Positions 25,641-34,832 of a DNA stretch of 34,832 nt are shown here, piece by piece; within the stretch, counting starts at the first letter, position 1; each line of letters begins with the position of its first letter. The position numbers and the translations under genes were made by a program. The stretch covers positions 1-34,832 of the forward strand of contig JANXXZ010000305.1 in NCBI GenBank assembly GCA_025350385.1. Reading direction: 5' to 3'. The notes beneath the pieces were generated by a model. The model saw only the letters and a list, made by a program, of their open reading frames with translations. It had not been told where the DNA came from and did not search any database. Source of the stretch: Bacteroidales bacterium. GTDB taxonomy: Bacteria > Bacteroidota > Bacteroidia > Bacteroidales > UBA4417.

Positions 25641-26657
25641 TTGAGACTTCCAAAGTTACATAAAACTCTTAATATCCTCATCCGGCTCGCGATTGTTGGC
25701 CTGTCGCTGGGATTTATTTACTGGAAAGTGTTCGCCAAAGGAGAAGTCGGCGAACTCCTCAAAGCGGTTGAATCGTTCGGGAACAACCCTTTTTTCTACA
25801 GAGGAATTTATGTTGTTTGTGTGCTTATGATCCTGAACTGGTCCGTTGAATCTGTAAAATGGCGGATCCTGGTTAGCAGGATTGAGAAAATACCATTTTA
25901 CCGGGCTGTAGAATCAGTTCTTACTGGGATCACAGTAAGCATTTTCATGCCGAACCGTACCGGTGAATTCCTGGGACGGGTATTTATCCTGAAAACCGGG
26001 GACCCGGTGAAAGCAGCATTTCTCACTATAATTGGCAGTATCAGCCAGCTTCTGATCACGATACTGTTAGGGACCACAGCTTTGTTATTTGTTTTCCATG
26101 ATTTTCTGCCGCCCGGTTCATTGCCCTCCATCTGGGTAAATATTGGCGTGATTTCGGGAATTACCCTGTTCAACTTCGCTATGCTTGCATTGTTTTTCAG
26201 GGTTCCTGTCTTTAGCCGATTACTGAGGAAACTGGTTCGAGGTCAATGGTACAAGGTGCTGACTTACCTGGGCGTTATTGAATCAGTCTCACGAAGTGAG
26301 TTATTCATTGTTCTGATGCTCAGCTTTTTCCGTTACCTGGTGTTCAGTCTGCAATTCTACCTCATGTTAAGAGTTTTTGGGATTGAAATACCCTTAGCAC
26401 AGGTAATGATTATTATTCCGTTAATTTATCTTTCGCTGGCCGTAATTCCTTCCTTTGCCCTTTCGGAACTGGGAGTTCGGGGATCAGTGAGTCTTTATTT
26501 TATAGGTATGTACTTGAAATACAGGGCTATCCCGATGACTGAAATTGAATCAATGGCCATTGTACTGGCGGCAGGATTATTATGGATCATTAACCTGGCA
26601 ATACCGGCTATCATTGGAATGCCGTTTGTTTTCAACCTCCGATTTTTCAGGCGATGA
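25641..26657 (+). CDS. Flippase-like / lysylphosphatidylglycerol-synthase TM-region family membrane protein (UPF0104)
   Basis: 338-aa polytopic membrane ORF. The only start available after the in-frame TGA at 25635 is TTG at 25641. Its stop overlaps the start of the downstream GT2 gene by 4 nt (ATGA). Confidence 0.7.
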   Translation: MRLPKLHKTLNILIRLAIVGLSLGFIYWKVFAKGEVGELLKAVESFGNNPFFYRGIYVVCVLMILNWSVESVKWRILVSRIEKIPFYRAVESVLTGITVSIFMPNRTGEFLGRVFILKTGDPVKAAFLTIIGSISQLLITILLGTTALLFVFHDFLPPGSLPSIWVNIGVISGITLFNFAMLALFFRVPVFSRLLRKLVRGQWYKVLTYLGVIESVSRSELFIVLMLSFFRYLVFSLQFYLMLRVFGIEIPLAQVMIIIPLIYLSLAVIPSFALSELGVRGSVSLYFIGMYLKYRAIPMTEIESMAIVLAAGLLWIINLAIPAIIGMPFVFNLRFFRR

Positions 26658-27841
26658 TAGTTTTACTGCTGATCGGACTGATCTTTATACTATACGCTAT
26701 TCTCATCGGTATAATCACAACAGGCTGGTTCCGGTTGCATGAATATAAACCGTTGCCGGGAAACCCCGAAACCAGGGTAAGCGTTATAATTGCTGCCAGG
26801 AATGAAGAGGTGAGCATCGGAGCCCTGCTGAAGGATTTGGTCAGGCAGGACTATCCATCCGGTCTGCTTGAAATCATAGTAGTGGATGACCATTCGGAGG
26901 ATAATACAGTTCAAGTTGTTAACCAACTGAAAGATTCAGCCCCGTTTTTAAGGTTATTGGAATTGAAAAGTTCAGGACTGACAGGTAAAAAGTCCGCCAT
27001 TGATTACGGAATTCAATTTTCAACCGGAATACTGATTCTTACCACAGATGCTGACTGCCGGCTTCAGGGAACATGGGTCAGCAGTATTGTGTCCTTTTAC
27101 GAGATGCATCATCCTAAAATGATACTGTCCCCGGTTCGGTTTAGCTCTGAGCAAAGCTTTTTCGGAAAACTGCAATCCCTCGAATTTATGAGCCTGGGAG
27201 CATCAACCGCAGGTTCAGCAAGGGCCGGAATCCCCCTGATGGCCAATGGAGCGAACTTTGCCTATGAGAAAGATGCCTATGTAATGTGTGGCGGATTTGC
27301 AGGAAATACCGGTTTTCCTTCGGGGGATGATGTTTTTCTACTGTTCAGGATAAAACAGCTGTTTGGAGCAAAATCAATCTGTTTCCTGAAATCAACCCGC
27401 GCCATGGTAAGCACAAAACCATCGAAAAACCTCAAGGAGTTCTTTCATCAGCGACTGCGATGGGTTTCCAAAAGCAGGGGTTATAAAGATCCACCGGTCA
27501 TCGTCTCATCCCTCATTGTGTATTTTACCAACCTTGCGATCCTGACAACCTTGATTTATGGGTTCTTTTCACCAAATGGACTTATTTTGGCCCTGGCTCT
27601 GTATCTAATCAAAATGGTGATCGATTTCCCTGTTATGGCTGGAATTGCAGGGTTCTTCAGAAGCCGTAAACTCCTGTGGCTCTTCCCTCTCCTGGAATTG
27701 CTGAATATCCTGTACACAGTTTTGATAGGAATCCTTGGTAACCTGAAATCCTATGAATGGAAGGGCAGGAATATCGCGACAAAAAGGAATCACGACAAAC
27801 AGATAACAGGGGGAGAAACACTCAAAGAACCAAAGACGTGA
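26654..27841 (+). CDS. Family 2 glycosyltransferase, membrane-bound
   Basis: 395-aa ORF with GT2 motifs VSVIIAARNEE, IIVVDDHSEDNT, TDADC and QRLRW. TM helices are present at the N- and C-termini. Confidence 0.88.
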   Translation: MIVLLLIGLIFILYAILIGIITTGWFRLHEYKPLPGNPETRVSVIIAARNEEVSIGALLKDLVRQDYPSGLLEIIVVDDHSEDNTVQVVNQLKDSAPFLRLLELKSSGLTGKKSAIDYGIQFSTGILILTTDADCRLQGTWVSSIVSFYEMHHPKMILSPVRFSSEQSFFGKLQSLEFMSLGASTAGSARAGIPLMANGANFAYEKDAYVMCGGFAGNTGFPSGDDVFLLFRIKQLFGAKSICFLKSTRAMVSTKPSKNLKEFFHQRLRWVSKSRGYKDPPVIVSSLIVYFTNLAILTTLIYGFFSPNGLILALALYLIKMVIDFPVMAGIAGFFRSRKLLWLFPLLELLNILYTVLIGILGNLKSYEWKGRNIATKRNHDKQITGGETLKEPKT

Positions 27842-27860
27842 TGTACATCATATCTTCCCA

Positions 27861-27904
27861 CTTTTGTCTTTTGTCTTTTATCTTATTCCGTTTGCTGTCT
27901 TTTC
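27861..27904 (+). repeat. CTTTTGTCTT-family tandem module between convergent genes, overlapping the ispD stop
   Basis: CTTTTGTCTTTTGTCTTTTATCTTATTCCGTTTGCTGTCTTTTC. It shares CTTTTGTCTT and TCTTATTCC with 24369-24402. The ispD stop codon (27883-27885) and its last ~7 codons lie inside the module. Confidence 0.65.
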
Positions 27905-28560
27905 ATCAGCACTTCCGCAATTTCAATATCTCCAGGTAAGGTAATTTTCATATTTCCCGGATCTCCTTCAACCAGGCAAACCTGCATTCCCAGGACTTCG
28001 AGCAAAGAGCCGTCATCGGTAAATCCAGGTTGAAAGGGTTGTTCATAGGCTCTTTTCAGGAGTCCGGATTCAAAAACTTCAGGTGTTTGTGTAATTCGTA
28101 GGCTTGTGCGATCAATCATCCTGATCTTTTCGCCTTCAACTATCCGCACAGTTTCATTAACCGGGATGCAGGGAATTGCATTGCCTGTTCGGGCTGCTTC
28201 AGTGAATACCCGATTAATCAGGTCAACAGACAGATTGGGACGGGCTGCGTCATGTACAGCCACCAACCCGGATCCCGAAATTAGTTTGAGGCTGTTTTGT
28301 ACCGAATGAAAACGGGTTTCACCACCGGGAGCCAGCTGGTGAGGAATCTGAAATTCATATTGTTTGCACAGCTGTCGCCAGTTTTCAACAAAATCGGGAT
28401 GAAGGGATACAATAATTTGCATGTAGGCATCGAACCGGTAAAATGCTTCTATTGAATGCATCAGCAACGGTTTTCCGGCAAGCAGCAGGAATTGTTTAGG
28501 GGTATCATGCCCCATGCGGCTTCCGGTTCCCCCTGCGACAATGATGGCAAAGTTTTTCAT
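27883..28560 (-). CDS. ispD: 2-C-methyl-D-erythritol 4-phosphate cytidylyltransferase
   Basis: I place the start at the internal ATG at 28560 (MKNFAIIVAGGTGSRMG), because the longer ORF to 28629 would overlap the sdaA 3' end by 59 nt. IspD motifs present: AGGTGSRMG, VAVHDAARP, TPEVF. Confidence 0.9.
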   Translation of the reverse strand: MKNFAIIVAGGTGSRMGHDTPKQFLLLAGKPLLMHSIEAFYRFDAYMQIIVSLHPDFVENWRQLCKQYEFQIPHQLAPGGETRFHSVQNSLKLISGSGLVAVHDAARPNLSVDLINRVFTEAARTGNAIPCIPVNETVRIVEGEKIRMIDRTSLRITQTPEVFESGLLKRAYEQPFQPGFTDDGSLLEVLGMQVCLVEGDPGNMKITLPGDIEIAEVLMKRQQTE

Positions 28561-28570
28561 TTGAGTTGTT

Positions 28571-29761
28571 TTATAGTTGAAGCGCCAGTCCGCCTTCCGA
28601 GGTTTCCTTATAAATATCGGGCAGGTCATGCCCGGTTTCTTTCATGGCAATGCAGGTCTTGTCGAAACTCACCCTGTGATGACCGTCGGAAAGGATCGCA
28701 TAGGCGCTGCCATCCATTGCACGACCTGCTCCGATGGCATTCCGTTCGATGCAGGGAATCTGCACCAGCCCGGCTACCGGGTCGCAGGTAAGCCCGAGGT
28801 GATGCTCCAGACCCATTTCGGCGGCGTATTCCACCTGTGAAGGTGTGCCGCCGAAAAGTTGGGTAGCCGCCGCCGCTGCCATGGCACAAGCAGTGCCTAT
28901 TTCACCCTGGCAACCAACCTGTGCACCACTGATCGAAGCATTTTCCTTTACCAGGTTGCCAATAAGGCCGGCTGTTGCCAGCGCCCTGATGACTTTGGTG
29001 TCGGAACATTGATAGGTATTCTGTACATGATACAAAACTGCCGGCACTACTCCGCATGATCCGCAGGTAGGAGCAGTAACGATTTGTCCACCACCGGCAT
29101 TTTCCTCCGCAACGGCAAGAGCATAGGCAAAAACAAGAGCCCTTTTCTGTAGCGAACCTGCTGAACTTTTCGCCTTTATAAAATAAGAGGATGCCTTGCG
29201 GGGCAAGTGTATACTACCCTGAAGAACGCCTTCGTTTTCGAGCCCGCGGATGATGGATTCCTTCATGGTTGCCCATACCTGGGAAAGGAAATTCCATATT
29301 TCCGGGTCTTCATGCATTTCAACATATTCCCAGAGGGTGCGGCCTTTATTTTCGCACCAGTGCAGGATATCCGTCAGTTTAGTATGTGGGTAAATACTCA
29401 CCAACTGGCTTTTAATGGTATCGTCCATGATGTCGCCGCCGCCAATACTGAAGACATTCCATTCATCAGTAATTATTCCGTTGTTGTCCAGGGCTTCAAA
29501 TTTCATCCCGTTGGGATGCTGGGGCAGGAAAATATCCTTTTCCCAAACGATCTGGACTTTATCTTCAGGGAAAGACTCTTTGATTACTTTATCAGTAAGA
29601 TGCCCTTTTCCGGTAGCAGCAAGACTTCCGTACAGAGTGATCCGGAACTTTACAGAATCAGGATTTTTAGCATGAAAGATCAGTGCGGCTTTTCGCGGTC
29701 CCATGGTGTGGCTTGAGGAGGGGCCGTAGCCGGTTTTATATATTTTGCGGATCGTTTCCAT
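28571..29761 (-). CDS. sdaA: L-serine ammonia-lyase (iron-sulfur dependent, single-chain beta+alpha)
   Basis: 396-aa ORF with N-terminal GYGPSSSHTMGP, Fe-S ligand region TAPTCGSCGVVPA, and GAQVGCQGEIGTACAMAA. Confidence 0.9.
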   Translation of the reverse strand: METIRKIYKTGYGPSSSHTMGPRKAALIFHAKNPDSVKFRITLYGSLAATGKGHLTDKVIKESFPEDKVQIVWEKDIFLPQHPNGMKFEALDNNGIITDEWNVFSIGGGDIMDDTIKSQLVSIYPHTKLTDILHWCENKGRTLWEYVEMHEDPEIWNFLSQVWATMKESIIRGLENEGVLQGSIHLPRKASSYFIKAKSSAGSLQKRALVFAYALAVAEENAGGGQIVTAPTCGSCGVVPAVLYHVQNTYQCSDTKVIRALATAGLIGNLVKENASISGAQVGCQGEIGTACAMAAAAATQLFGGTPSQVEYAAEMGLEHHLGLTCDPVAGLVQIPCIERNAIGAGRAMDGSAYAILSDGHHRVSFDKTCIAMKETGHDLPDIYKETSEGGLALQL

Positions 29762-29790
29762 AGGGTACTTCTATAAAAAAGTGAAGTCAA

Positions 29791-29883
29791 TTAATGATTA
29801 ACATTAAACACAAACTGATTAATGACTAAGTAGTATTCGACACTTTAACGTTATTCATTAAGTGTTATATGTTATTCATTATT
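29791..29883 (+). repeat. AT-rich element copy in right-arm / spacer / left-arm configuration
   Basis: TTAATGATTAACATTAAACACAAACTGATTAATGACTAAGT (29791-29831), then a 11-nt spacer, then CTTTAACGTTATTCATTAAGTGTTATATGTTATTCATTATT (29843-29883). This mirrors the copy1/copy2 junction at 19372-19470. Confidence 0.65.
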
Positions 29884-29974
29884 AGAAGTTTGAATCTAAT
29901 CAATATGCTATTTTTACCTTTTCATCCAAATAAAATGTTGCGTAGTTGACTCAAATTTACAACTATCAGTCTTC

Positions 29975-30005
29975 AAAAAAAAATCCCCTCTTCCGAAGGG
30001 ATTTT
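29975..30005 (-). terminator. Rho-independent terminator of queA
   Basis: On the minus strand, AAATCCC (30004-29998) pairs with GGGATTT (29987-29981) across a 10-nt loop and runs into a U9 tract (plus-strand A-run 29975-29983). It lies 29 nt past the queA stop. Confidence 0.75.
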
Positions 30006-30033
30006 CTGGCTATTATGAATCAACGTTATTTTA

Positions 30034-31089
30034 TCAGATTATGAGCATCGCATCTCCATAAGTGAAGAAGCGGTATTTATGTGCGACGGCTTCCTTGTAG
30101 GCTTTTATCAGCAAATCGTATCCTGCAAAGGCTGCTACCATCATCATCATAGGAGACTGAGGCAGGTGGAAATTGGTTATCATACTGTTGGCAATACTGA
30201 ATTCATAAGGAGGGAAGATGAATTTGTTACTCCAGCCCTTGTAAGGATTGAGATTACCTGAAATCGCAACCGACGATTCAATGGCTTTCATGGTTGTGGT
30301 TCCCACTACACATACCTTTTTGCGTGCGTCTTTTGATTTGTTGACCAACTGGGCCGTTTCTTCCTCAATAATGAGTTCTTCCGAATCCATTTTATACTTG
30401 GTAAGATCTTCCACATCAATTGCACGAAAATTGCCCAGACCGGCATGCAAGGTCACCTCAGCAAAGGCGGCGCCCTGCAGTTCTAAGCGTTTCATCAGTT
30501 CGCGACTGAAATGAAGACCTGCCGAGGGCGCGGCAACGGCACCTTCATTTTTGGCATAAATGGTTTGATAGCGTTCCTTGTCTTCAGGTTCAATGTCGCG
30601 TATACGTTGTAATTCTTCGGGAAGAGGGGTTTTACCCAGCATTTCAATAGTACGTTTGAACTCATCATATGGGCCGTCGAAAAGAAAACGAAGGGTACGT
30701 CCACGCGAAGTTGTATTGTCAATAACTTCCGCTACAAGGGCATCATCATCACCAAAATAAAGTTTATTCCCGATACGGATTTTACGGGCCGGATCCACGA
30801 GTACATCCCAAAGGCGAGCCTCGCTGTTAAGTTCACGAAGCAGGAAAACGGTAATTTTAGCGCCGGTTTTTTCCTTTTCACCCAATAATAAGGCTGGAAA
30901 AACCTTTGTATTATTCAGGATAAACACATCGCCGTCGCCGAAATAGTCAAGAATATCTTTGAATGTTTTGTGCTCTATGGATTGCGTTTTGCGGTTAAGG
31001 ACCATCAGGCGCGATTCATCGCGGTTTTGTACCGGCCTCACAGCAATAAGTTCCGAAGGCAGATGATACCTGAATTGGGAGAGTTTCAT
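30034..31089 (-). CDS. queA: S-adenosylmethionine:tRNA ribosyltransferase-isomerase
   Basis: 351-aa ORF with N-terminal [31 protein letters not shown], plus [21 protein letters not shown] and [10 protein letters not shown]. Confidence 0.93.
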   Translation of the reverse strand: MKLSQFRYHLPSELIAVRPVQNRDESRLMVLNRKTQSIEHKTFKDILDYFGDGDVFILNNTKVFPALLLGEKEKTGAKITVFLLRELNSEARLWDVLVDPARKIRIGNKLYFGDDDALVAEVIDNTTSRGRTLRFLFDGPYDEFKRTIEMLGKTPLPEELQRIRDIEPEDKERYQTIYAKNEGAVAAPSAGLHFSRELMKRLELQGAAFAEVTLHAGLGNFRAIDVEDLTKYKMDSEELIIEEETAQLVNKSKDARKKVCVVGTTTMKAIESSVAISGNLNPYKGWSNKFIFPPYEFSIANSMITNFHLPQSPMMMMVAAFAGYDLLIKAYKEAVAHKYRFFTYGDAMLII

Positions 31090-31129
31090 GTTGAGAATAT
31101 TTTTTATTAAGTTCGCTAAAAAGCGAGTG

Positions 31130-31137
31130 CAAAAGTA
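31130..31137 (-). promoter_or_regulatory. Candidate -7 box (TACTTTTG) for queA
   Basis: Exact TAnnTTTG match on the minus strand, 41 nt upstream of the ATG at 31089. Confidence 0.3.
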
Positions 31138-31358
31138 ATGAATTTTTCGGTGAAAATCAAGGGGTTATTCCCCCCGAACAAATCCTTTTAACGCTTTTTA
31201 ACAACCAAATATTTACCGTGTTTATTATAATGGATATCAATTAGATATTGAGTAGTTTAGAGTGCGTTTCCGAAATGAAAAGTTTAAAAAGGGGAATATC
31301 ATGAATTCAAATTCACCCTGCACAAGGATGTATGGTCCTGATTTACCCCCTTTTTTCC

Positions 31359-31366
31359 TACCTTTG
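31359..31366 (+). promoter_or_regulatory. Candidate -7 box (TACCTTTG) for aspS
   Basis: Exact TAnnTTTG match 26 nt upstream of the ATG at 31392. The box lies inside the longer ORF-track version (31332), which argues for the shorter start. Confidence 0.4.
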
Positions 31367-31391
31367 CCCCTTCATTTTAAAATCCAAATCC

Positions 31392-33137
31392 ATGCTCCGT
31401 ACACACTCCTGTGGAGAACTCAATATAAAACATACCGGACAAATCGTAATCCTGTGCGGTTGGGTTCAACGCTCCCGCGACCTGGGAGGAATGACTTTTG
31501 TGGATTTACGCGACCGTTACGGCATAACCCAGTTGGTTTTCAACATGGAAACCAATGCTGGTGTTTACGAACAATCGCGTAAACTGGGACGTGAATTCGT
31601 AATCTCAGCAACCGGCAAGGTTGCTGAACGCAGCAATAAAAACCCGAAAATGGCTACAGGCGATGTGGAGATTATCGTTGAAAAGCTTGAAATCCTGAAC
31701 GAGTCGAAAACACCTCCGTTTACTATTGAAGATAACACTGACGGAGGCGAAGAACTACGCATGAAATATCGTTACATTGATTTACGCAGGGGCGCAGTGA
31801 AACGGAATATGGAACTGCGCCATCGCATGGCTTTCCAGACTCGCAACTACATGGACAGCATCAATTTCATCGAAATAGAAACACCAGTTCTCATTAAAAG
31901 TACTCCCGAAGGAGCCCGCGACTATGTGGTTCCTTCGCGCGTTAACCCGGGCGAATTTTATGCCCTGCCTCAATCGCCCCAAACTTTCAAGCAGTTACTT
32001 ATGGTAGCCGGTTACGACCGTTATTTCCAGATAGTGAAATGCTTCCGCGACGAGGATCTGCGTTCCGACCGCCAACCTGAATTTACCCAGATCGACTGCG
32101 AAATGTCCTTCGTTACCCAGGAAGATATCTTTGACACTTTCGAAGGTCTAATCAAACATCTTTTCAAAACGGTAAAGGACATTGACGTGGTTAAACTCCC
32201 GCGAATGACCTGGGCTGATGCCATGAAACTTTACGGTTGCGATAAACCGGATACCCGTTTCGGGATGCAGTTTGTTGAACTTAACACACTGGTTCAGGGT
32301 AAGGATTTCAAGGTATTTGATGATGCAGAACTTGTAGTCGGGATCAATGCCGGAGGCTGTGCCGAATACACCCGCAAACAACTGGACGAACTGACGGATT
32401 TTGTCAAGAAACCGCAAATCGGTGCCGGCGGGCTTATATACCTGCGTTACAATGCTGATGGTACATTGAAATCATCGGTTGATAAATTCTATTCGCCGGA
32501 AGAACTGAAAAAATGGGCCGAAGCATTCAACGCCAAGCCCGGCGACCTGATGCTTGTAATGGCCGGCAAAACCAATAAGACCCGCAAAGCCCTTAACGAA
32601 CTTCGCCTTGAAATGGGAACCCGTTTAGGCCTGCGCAAACCCGAAACATTTGCCCCTCTTTGGGTGTATGATTTCCCGCTCCTGGAATGGGATGAAGAAT
32701 CCGGGCGTTTTTATGCCATGCACCACCCGTTTACCTCGCCGAAGCCGGAAGATATCCCTTTATTGGAAACCAATCCCGGGTCAGTCCGTGCAAACGCTTA
32801 CGATATGGTGATCAACGGTGTGGAAGTAGGCGGAGGTTCTATTCGTATCCACAACAAACCGCTGCAGCATAAAATGCTGAAACTGCTTGGTTTCAGTGAG
32901 GAAGATGCCCAGGAACAGTTTGGCTTCCTGATGAATGCTTTTGAATTTGGAGCTCCGCCGCACGGTGGCATCGCTTTCGGTTTCGACCGGCTGTGTTCCC
33001 TGTTTGGCGGAAGCGAATCCATCCGCGATTATATCGCCTTCCCCAAGAACAACGCTGCCCGCGATGTGATGATTGATTCTCCTTCCCGTATTTCGGACGA
33101 ACAGCTGAAGGAATTGAGTCTGAAGGTATCGATATAA
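31392..33137 (+). CDS. aspS: Aspartate--tRNA ligase
   Basis: I place the start at [11 protein letters not shown] (31392), which is the usual AspRS N-terminus. The 20 codons upstream in the ORF track ([20 protein letters not shown]) look like non-coding read-through. Class II motifs present: [48 protein letters not shown]. Confidence 0.93.
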   Translation: MLRTHSCGELNIKHTGQIVILCGWVQRSRDLGGMTFVDLRDRYGITQLVFNMETNAGVYEQSRKLGREFVISATGKVAERSNKNPKMATGDVEIIVEKLEILNESKTPPFTIEDNTDGGEELRMKYRYIDLRRGAVKRNMELRHRMAFQTRNYMDSINFIEIETPVLIKSTPEGARDYVVPSRVNPGEFYALPQSPQTFKQLLMVAGYDRYFQIVKCFRDEDLRSDRQPEFTQIDCEMSFVTQEDIFDTFEGLIKHLFKTVKDIDVVKLPRMTWADAMKLYGCDKPDTRFGMQFVELNTLVQGKDFKVFDDAELVVGINAGGCAEYTRKQLDELTDFVKKPQIGAGGLIYLRYNADGTLKSSVDKFYSPEELKKWAEAFNAKPGDLMLVMAGKTNKTRKALNELRLEMGTRLGLRKPETFAPLWVYDFPLLEWDEESGRFYAMHHPFTSPKPEDIPLLETNPGSVRANAYDMVINGVEVGGGSIRIHNKPLQHKMLKLLGFSEEDAQEQFGFLMNAFEFGAPPHGGIAFGFDRLCSLFGGSESIRDYIAFPKNNAARDVMIDSPSRISDEQLKELSLKVSI

Positions 33138-33198
33138 TATTTATATTTCATTCAATACCAGCCACAATCCAACATAAGATTGTGATTTCAATAAAGCT

Positions 33199-33237
33199 CA
33201 GGGTTTTACCTCAAGGGAAGCCCTGTTTTGTTTTTTA
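33199..33237 (+). terminator. Rho-independent terminator of aspS
   Basis: CAGGGTT (33199-33205) pairs with AAGCCCTG (33218-33225) with one bulge. It is followed by TTTTGTTTTTTATT. Confidence 0.7.
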
Positions 33238-33355
33238 TTAAAGGTATAACCCGAAACATCCCTGAAATAGTTTATGTAAAAACTGGAGGCGTTCTTAAAA
33301 AGGAAGCGTGCCAACTGAAGACTAACCTTCTTCCAAAATCCTTTACCTTTACCGC

Positions 33356-34603
33356 ATGAAAGCCGATGCATCGCACTCTATCGAAATAATGTCGCCGGTT
33401 GGCTCCTACGAGTCGCTTATGGCAGCCGTCCAGGGCGGGGCAGGTTCGGTATACTTCGGGGTGGGTAAACTCAACATGCGTTCGCGTTCGAGCGTGAACT
33501 TTTCGCTTGAAGACCTGGAGAAAATAGCACGCATTTGCCGCCGGCACAATGTGAAGAGCTATCTCACGCTCAACACGGTAGTTTTTGATGATGAGATCGA
33601 AGAGGTGCACAAGACTATTGATGCTGCCAAGGCCAACGGGGTAACTGCCGTTATTGCTTCCGACCTTGCCGTTATTGAGTATGCCAGGGAAAAGGGCGTT
33701 GAAATCCATATCTCAACCCAATGCAATATTACCAACCTTTCGGCAGTGAAGTTTTATTCACGATTCGCTGATGTAATGGTTACTGCCCGTGAACTGAAGC
33801 TTGATCAGGTAGCGGATATCACCCGGCAGATTAAGGAACAGGATATCCGCGGTCCGAAAGGCGAATGGGTAAAGATTGAGATATTCGTTCATGGCGCTTT
33901 GTGTATGGCCGTTAGCGGGAAATGCTACCTCAGCCTGCATAATCATAACGCTTCGGCCAACCGGGGCGCCTGCGTGCAGGATTGCCGCCGTTCATACCTT
34001 GTAAAAGACAAGGAAAGTGATACGCAACTTGAGATTGACAATGAATACATCATGTCGCCCAAGGATCTTAAAACGATCCAGCTGCTCGATAAGGTACTGG
34101 AGGCCGGGGTAAGCGTACTCAAAATTGAAGGCCGTGGCCGCTCACCCGAATATGTAAAAACAGTAACCAGCTGTTACCGCGAAGCAGTGGAAGCTTATTT
34201 TGCAGGAACGTTTACACCGCAATCCATTGAAAAATGGGATGCAGAACTGGCTTCGGTGTATAACCGGGGATTCTGGGAAGGATATTATCTGGGACGTAAG
34301 ATCGGGGAATGGTCACCCGTGCACGGATCGATGGCAACAAAAAAGAAAGTATTCATCGGTACCGTGGTCAATTATTTTTCAAAACTGCAGGTGGCACATA
34401 TCCGCCTCGAAACAAATGAACTTACAATTGGTGATGAGATTTATATTACTGGCTCTACTACCGGGGTTTATGAAAGTGTTATATCAGAACTATTAAAAGA
34501 CGACGTATATGCACAAAAAGCAGTTAAAGGTGAAAACCCGACCATTCATGTTACGCGGCCAGTGAGGAGGAATGATAAGGTGTATAAGGTTGTTGCAACC
34601 TGA
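33356..34603 (+). CDS. Peptidase U32 family protein
   Basis: 415-aa ORF with U32 signatures IEIMSPVGSYESLMAAVQGGAGSVYFG, EIFVHGALCMAVSGKCYLS and VLKIEGRGRSPEYV. An alternative start at Met12 is possible. Confidence 0.88.
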   Translation: MKADASHSIEIMSPVGSYESLMAAVQGGAGSVYFGVGKLNMRSRSSVNFSLEDLEKIARICRRHNVKSYLTLNTVVFDDEIEEVHKTIDAAKANGVTAVIASDLAVIEYAREKGVEIHISTQCNITNLSAVKFYSRFADVMVTARELKLDQVADITRQIKEQDIRGPKGEWVKIEIFVHGALCMAVSGKCYLSLHNHNASANRGACVQDCRRSYLVKDKESDTQLEIDNEYIMSPKDLKTIQLLDKVLEAGVSVLKIEGRGRSPEYVKTVTSCYREAVEAYFAGTFTPQSIEKWDAELASVYNRGFWEGYYLGRKIGEWSPVHGSMATKKKVFIGTVVNYFSKLQVAHIRLETNELTIGDEIYITGSTTGVYESVISELLKDDVYAQKAVKGENPTIHVTRPVRRNDKVYKVVAT

Positions 34604-34608
34604 GAATT

Positions 34609-34663
34609 GGACAAGGGGACCTGGGGACCGGGAGACAAGGGGACAGGGAGACAGGAGGACAGG
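34609..34663 (+). repeat. G-rich GGGGACA-type tandem module containing a canonical G-quadruplex motif
   Basis: GGACAAGGGGACCTGGGGACCGGGAGACAAGGGGACAGGGAGACAGGAGGACAGG begins 6 nt after the stop at 34603. G-tracts lie at 34615-18, 34623-26, 34630-32, 34639-42 and 34646-48, with loops of 4, 3, 6 and 3 nt. Confidence 0.65.
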
Positions 34664-34702
34664 ATTAATTTGAAAATGTTGTAATTCGAAAATTGACAGT
34701 TA

Positions 34703-34812
34703 CATTAAACATATAGTCAGACACTTTTTCATTTTTCATTAATTGTAATATGATATTCATTATCAATTATATGAATGATTAACATATAACATTAAATGTT
34801 TAATGATTAAGT
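34703..34812. repeat. AT-rich imperfect-palindrome element copy
   Basis: The left arm is CTTTTTCATTTTTCATTAATTGTAATATGATATTCATTATC (from 34724). The right arm is TGAATGATTAACATATAACATTAAATGTTTAATGATTAAGT (to 34812). It contains the 19-mer shared with 24411-24429. Confidence 0.7.
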
Positions 34813-34816
34813 TCAT

Positions 34817-34832
34817 AAATCCGAAATCCGAA
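34817..34832 (+). repeat. AAATCCG heptamer module, truncated by the window end
   Basis: AAATCCGAAATCCGAA directly follows the AT-rich element. It is identical to 24964-24979. Confidence 0.5.

Noticed and set aside
31332-31391. 20-codon N-terminal extension of aspS in the ORF track, and likewise 28561-28629 for ispD
   Set aside because: The extensions are hydrophobic or basic junk preceding canonical family N-termini ([11 protein letters not shown]; MKNFAIIVAGG). The aspS extension contains a TAnnTTTG box, and the ispD extension overlaps sdaA by 59 nt.
19324-34832. Whether the recurring intergenic repeats could be a CRISPR array
   Set aside because: There is no run of constant-length identical repeats separated by unique spacers of similar size. 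The copies are scattered between genes kilobases apart, the arms are palindromic with variable loops, and no cas genes are present.

Overview
This 34.8-kb chromosomal segment reads as Bacteroidota: it has two T9SS C-terminal sorting domains, FPGG-type TonB_C modules and TAnnTTTG -7 boxes upstream of several genes. I support 22 protein-coding genes. I found no rRNA, tRNA, CRISPR, transposase or integrase. Gene content falls into six groups. (1) An ECF sigma factor and a zf-HC2 anti-sigma that itself carries a TonB_C domain, divergent from a VIT-VWA-TonB_C protein and a plain TonB. (2) A membrane flavodoxin/ferredoxin (EFR1-like), divergent from a 1078-aa fused oxidoreductase with five cofactor domains. 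(3) A Wza/Wzc-like polysaccharide export pair, with Wzc ending in a (YG)9 tract. (4) Housekeeping genes miaB, topA, an arginase-fold protein, ruvC, ispD, sdaA, queA, aspS and a U32 peptidase. (5) A UPF0104 flippase-like protein paired with a GT2 glycosyltransferase. (6) A 0.9-kb AT-rich non-coding region followed by two orphan secreted T9SS cargo proteins, one with a type A and one with a type B CTD. The most unusual signal is non-coding. Most of the longer intergenic spacers carry modules of a mosaic repeat system. One component is an AT-rich imperfect palindrome of about 90-140 nt, whose arms contain TAATGATTAACATATAACAT (5 copies at 4 loci). The other components are at least four sequence-distinct tandem modules with a period of about 7-8 nt, each seen at two or more loci: GCACTAAG/GCACTCAGCAC, CTTTTGTCTT, AAATCCG, and GGGGACA (which includes a canonical G-quadruplex motif). 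In concept they resemble cyanobacterial STRR heptamers or enterobacterial REP/BIME mosaics, but I cannot assign them to a described family from sequence alone.
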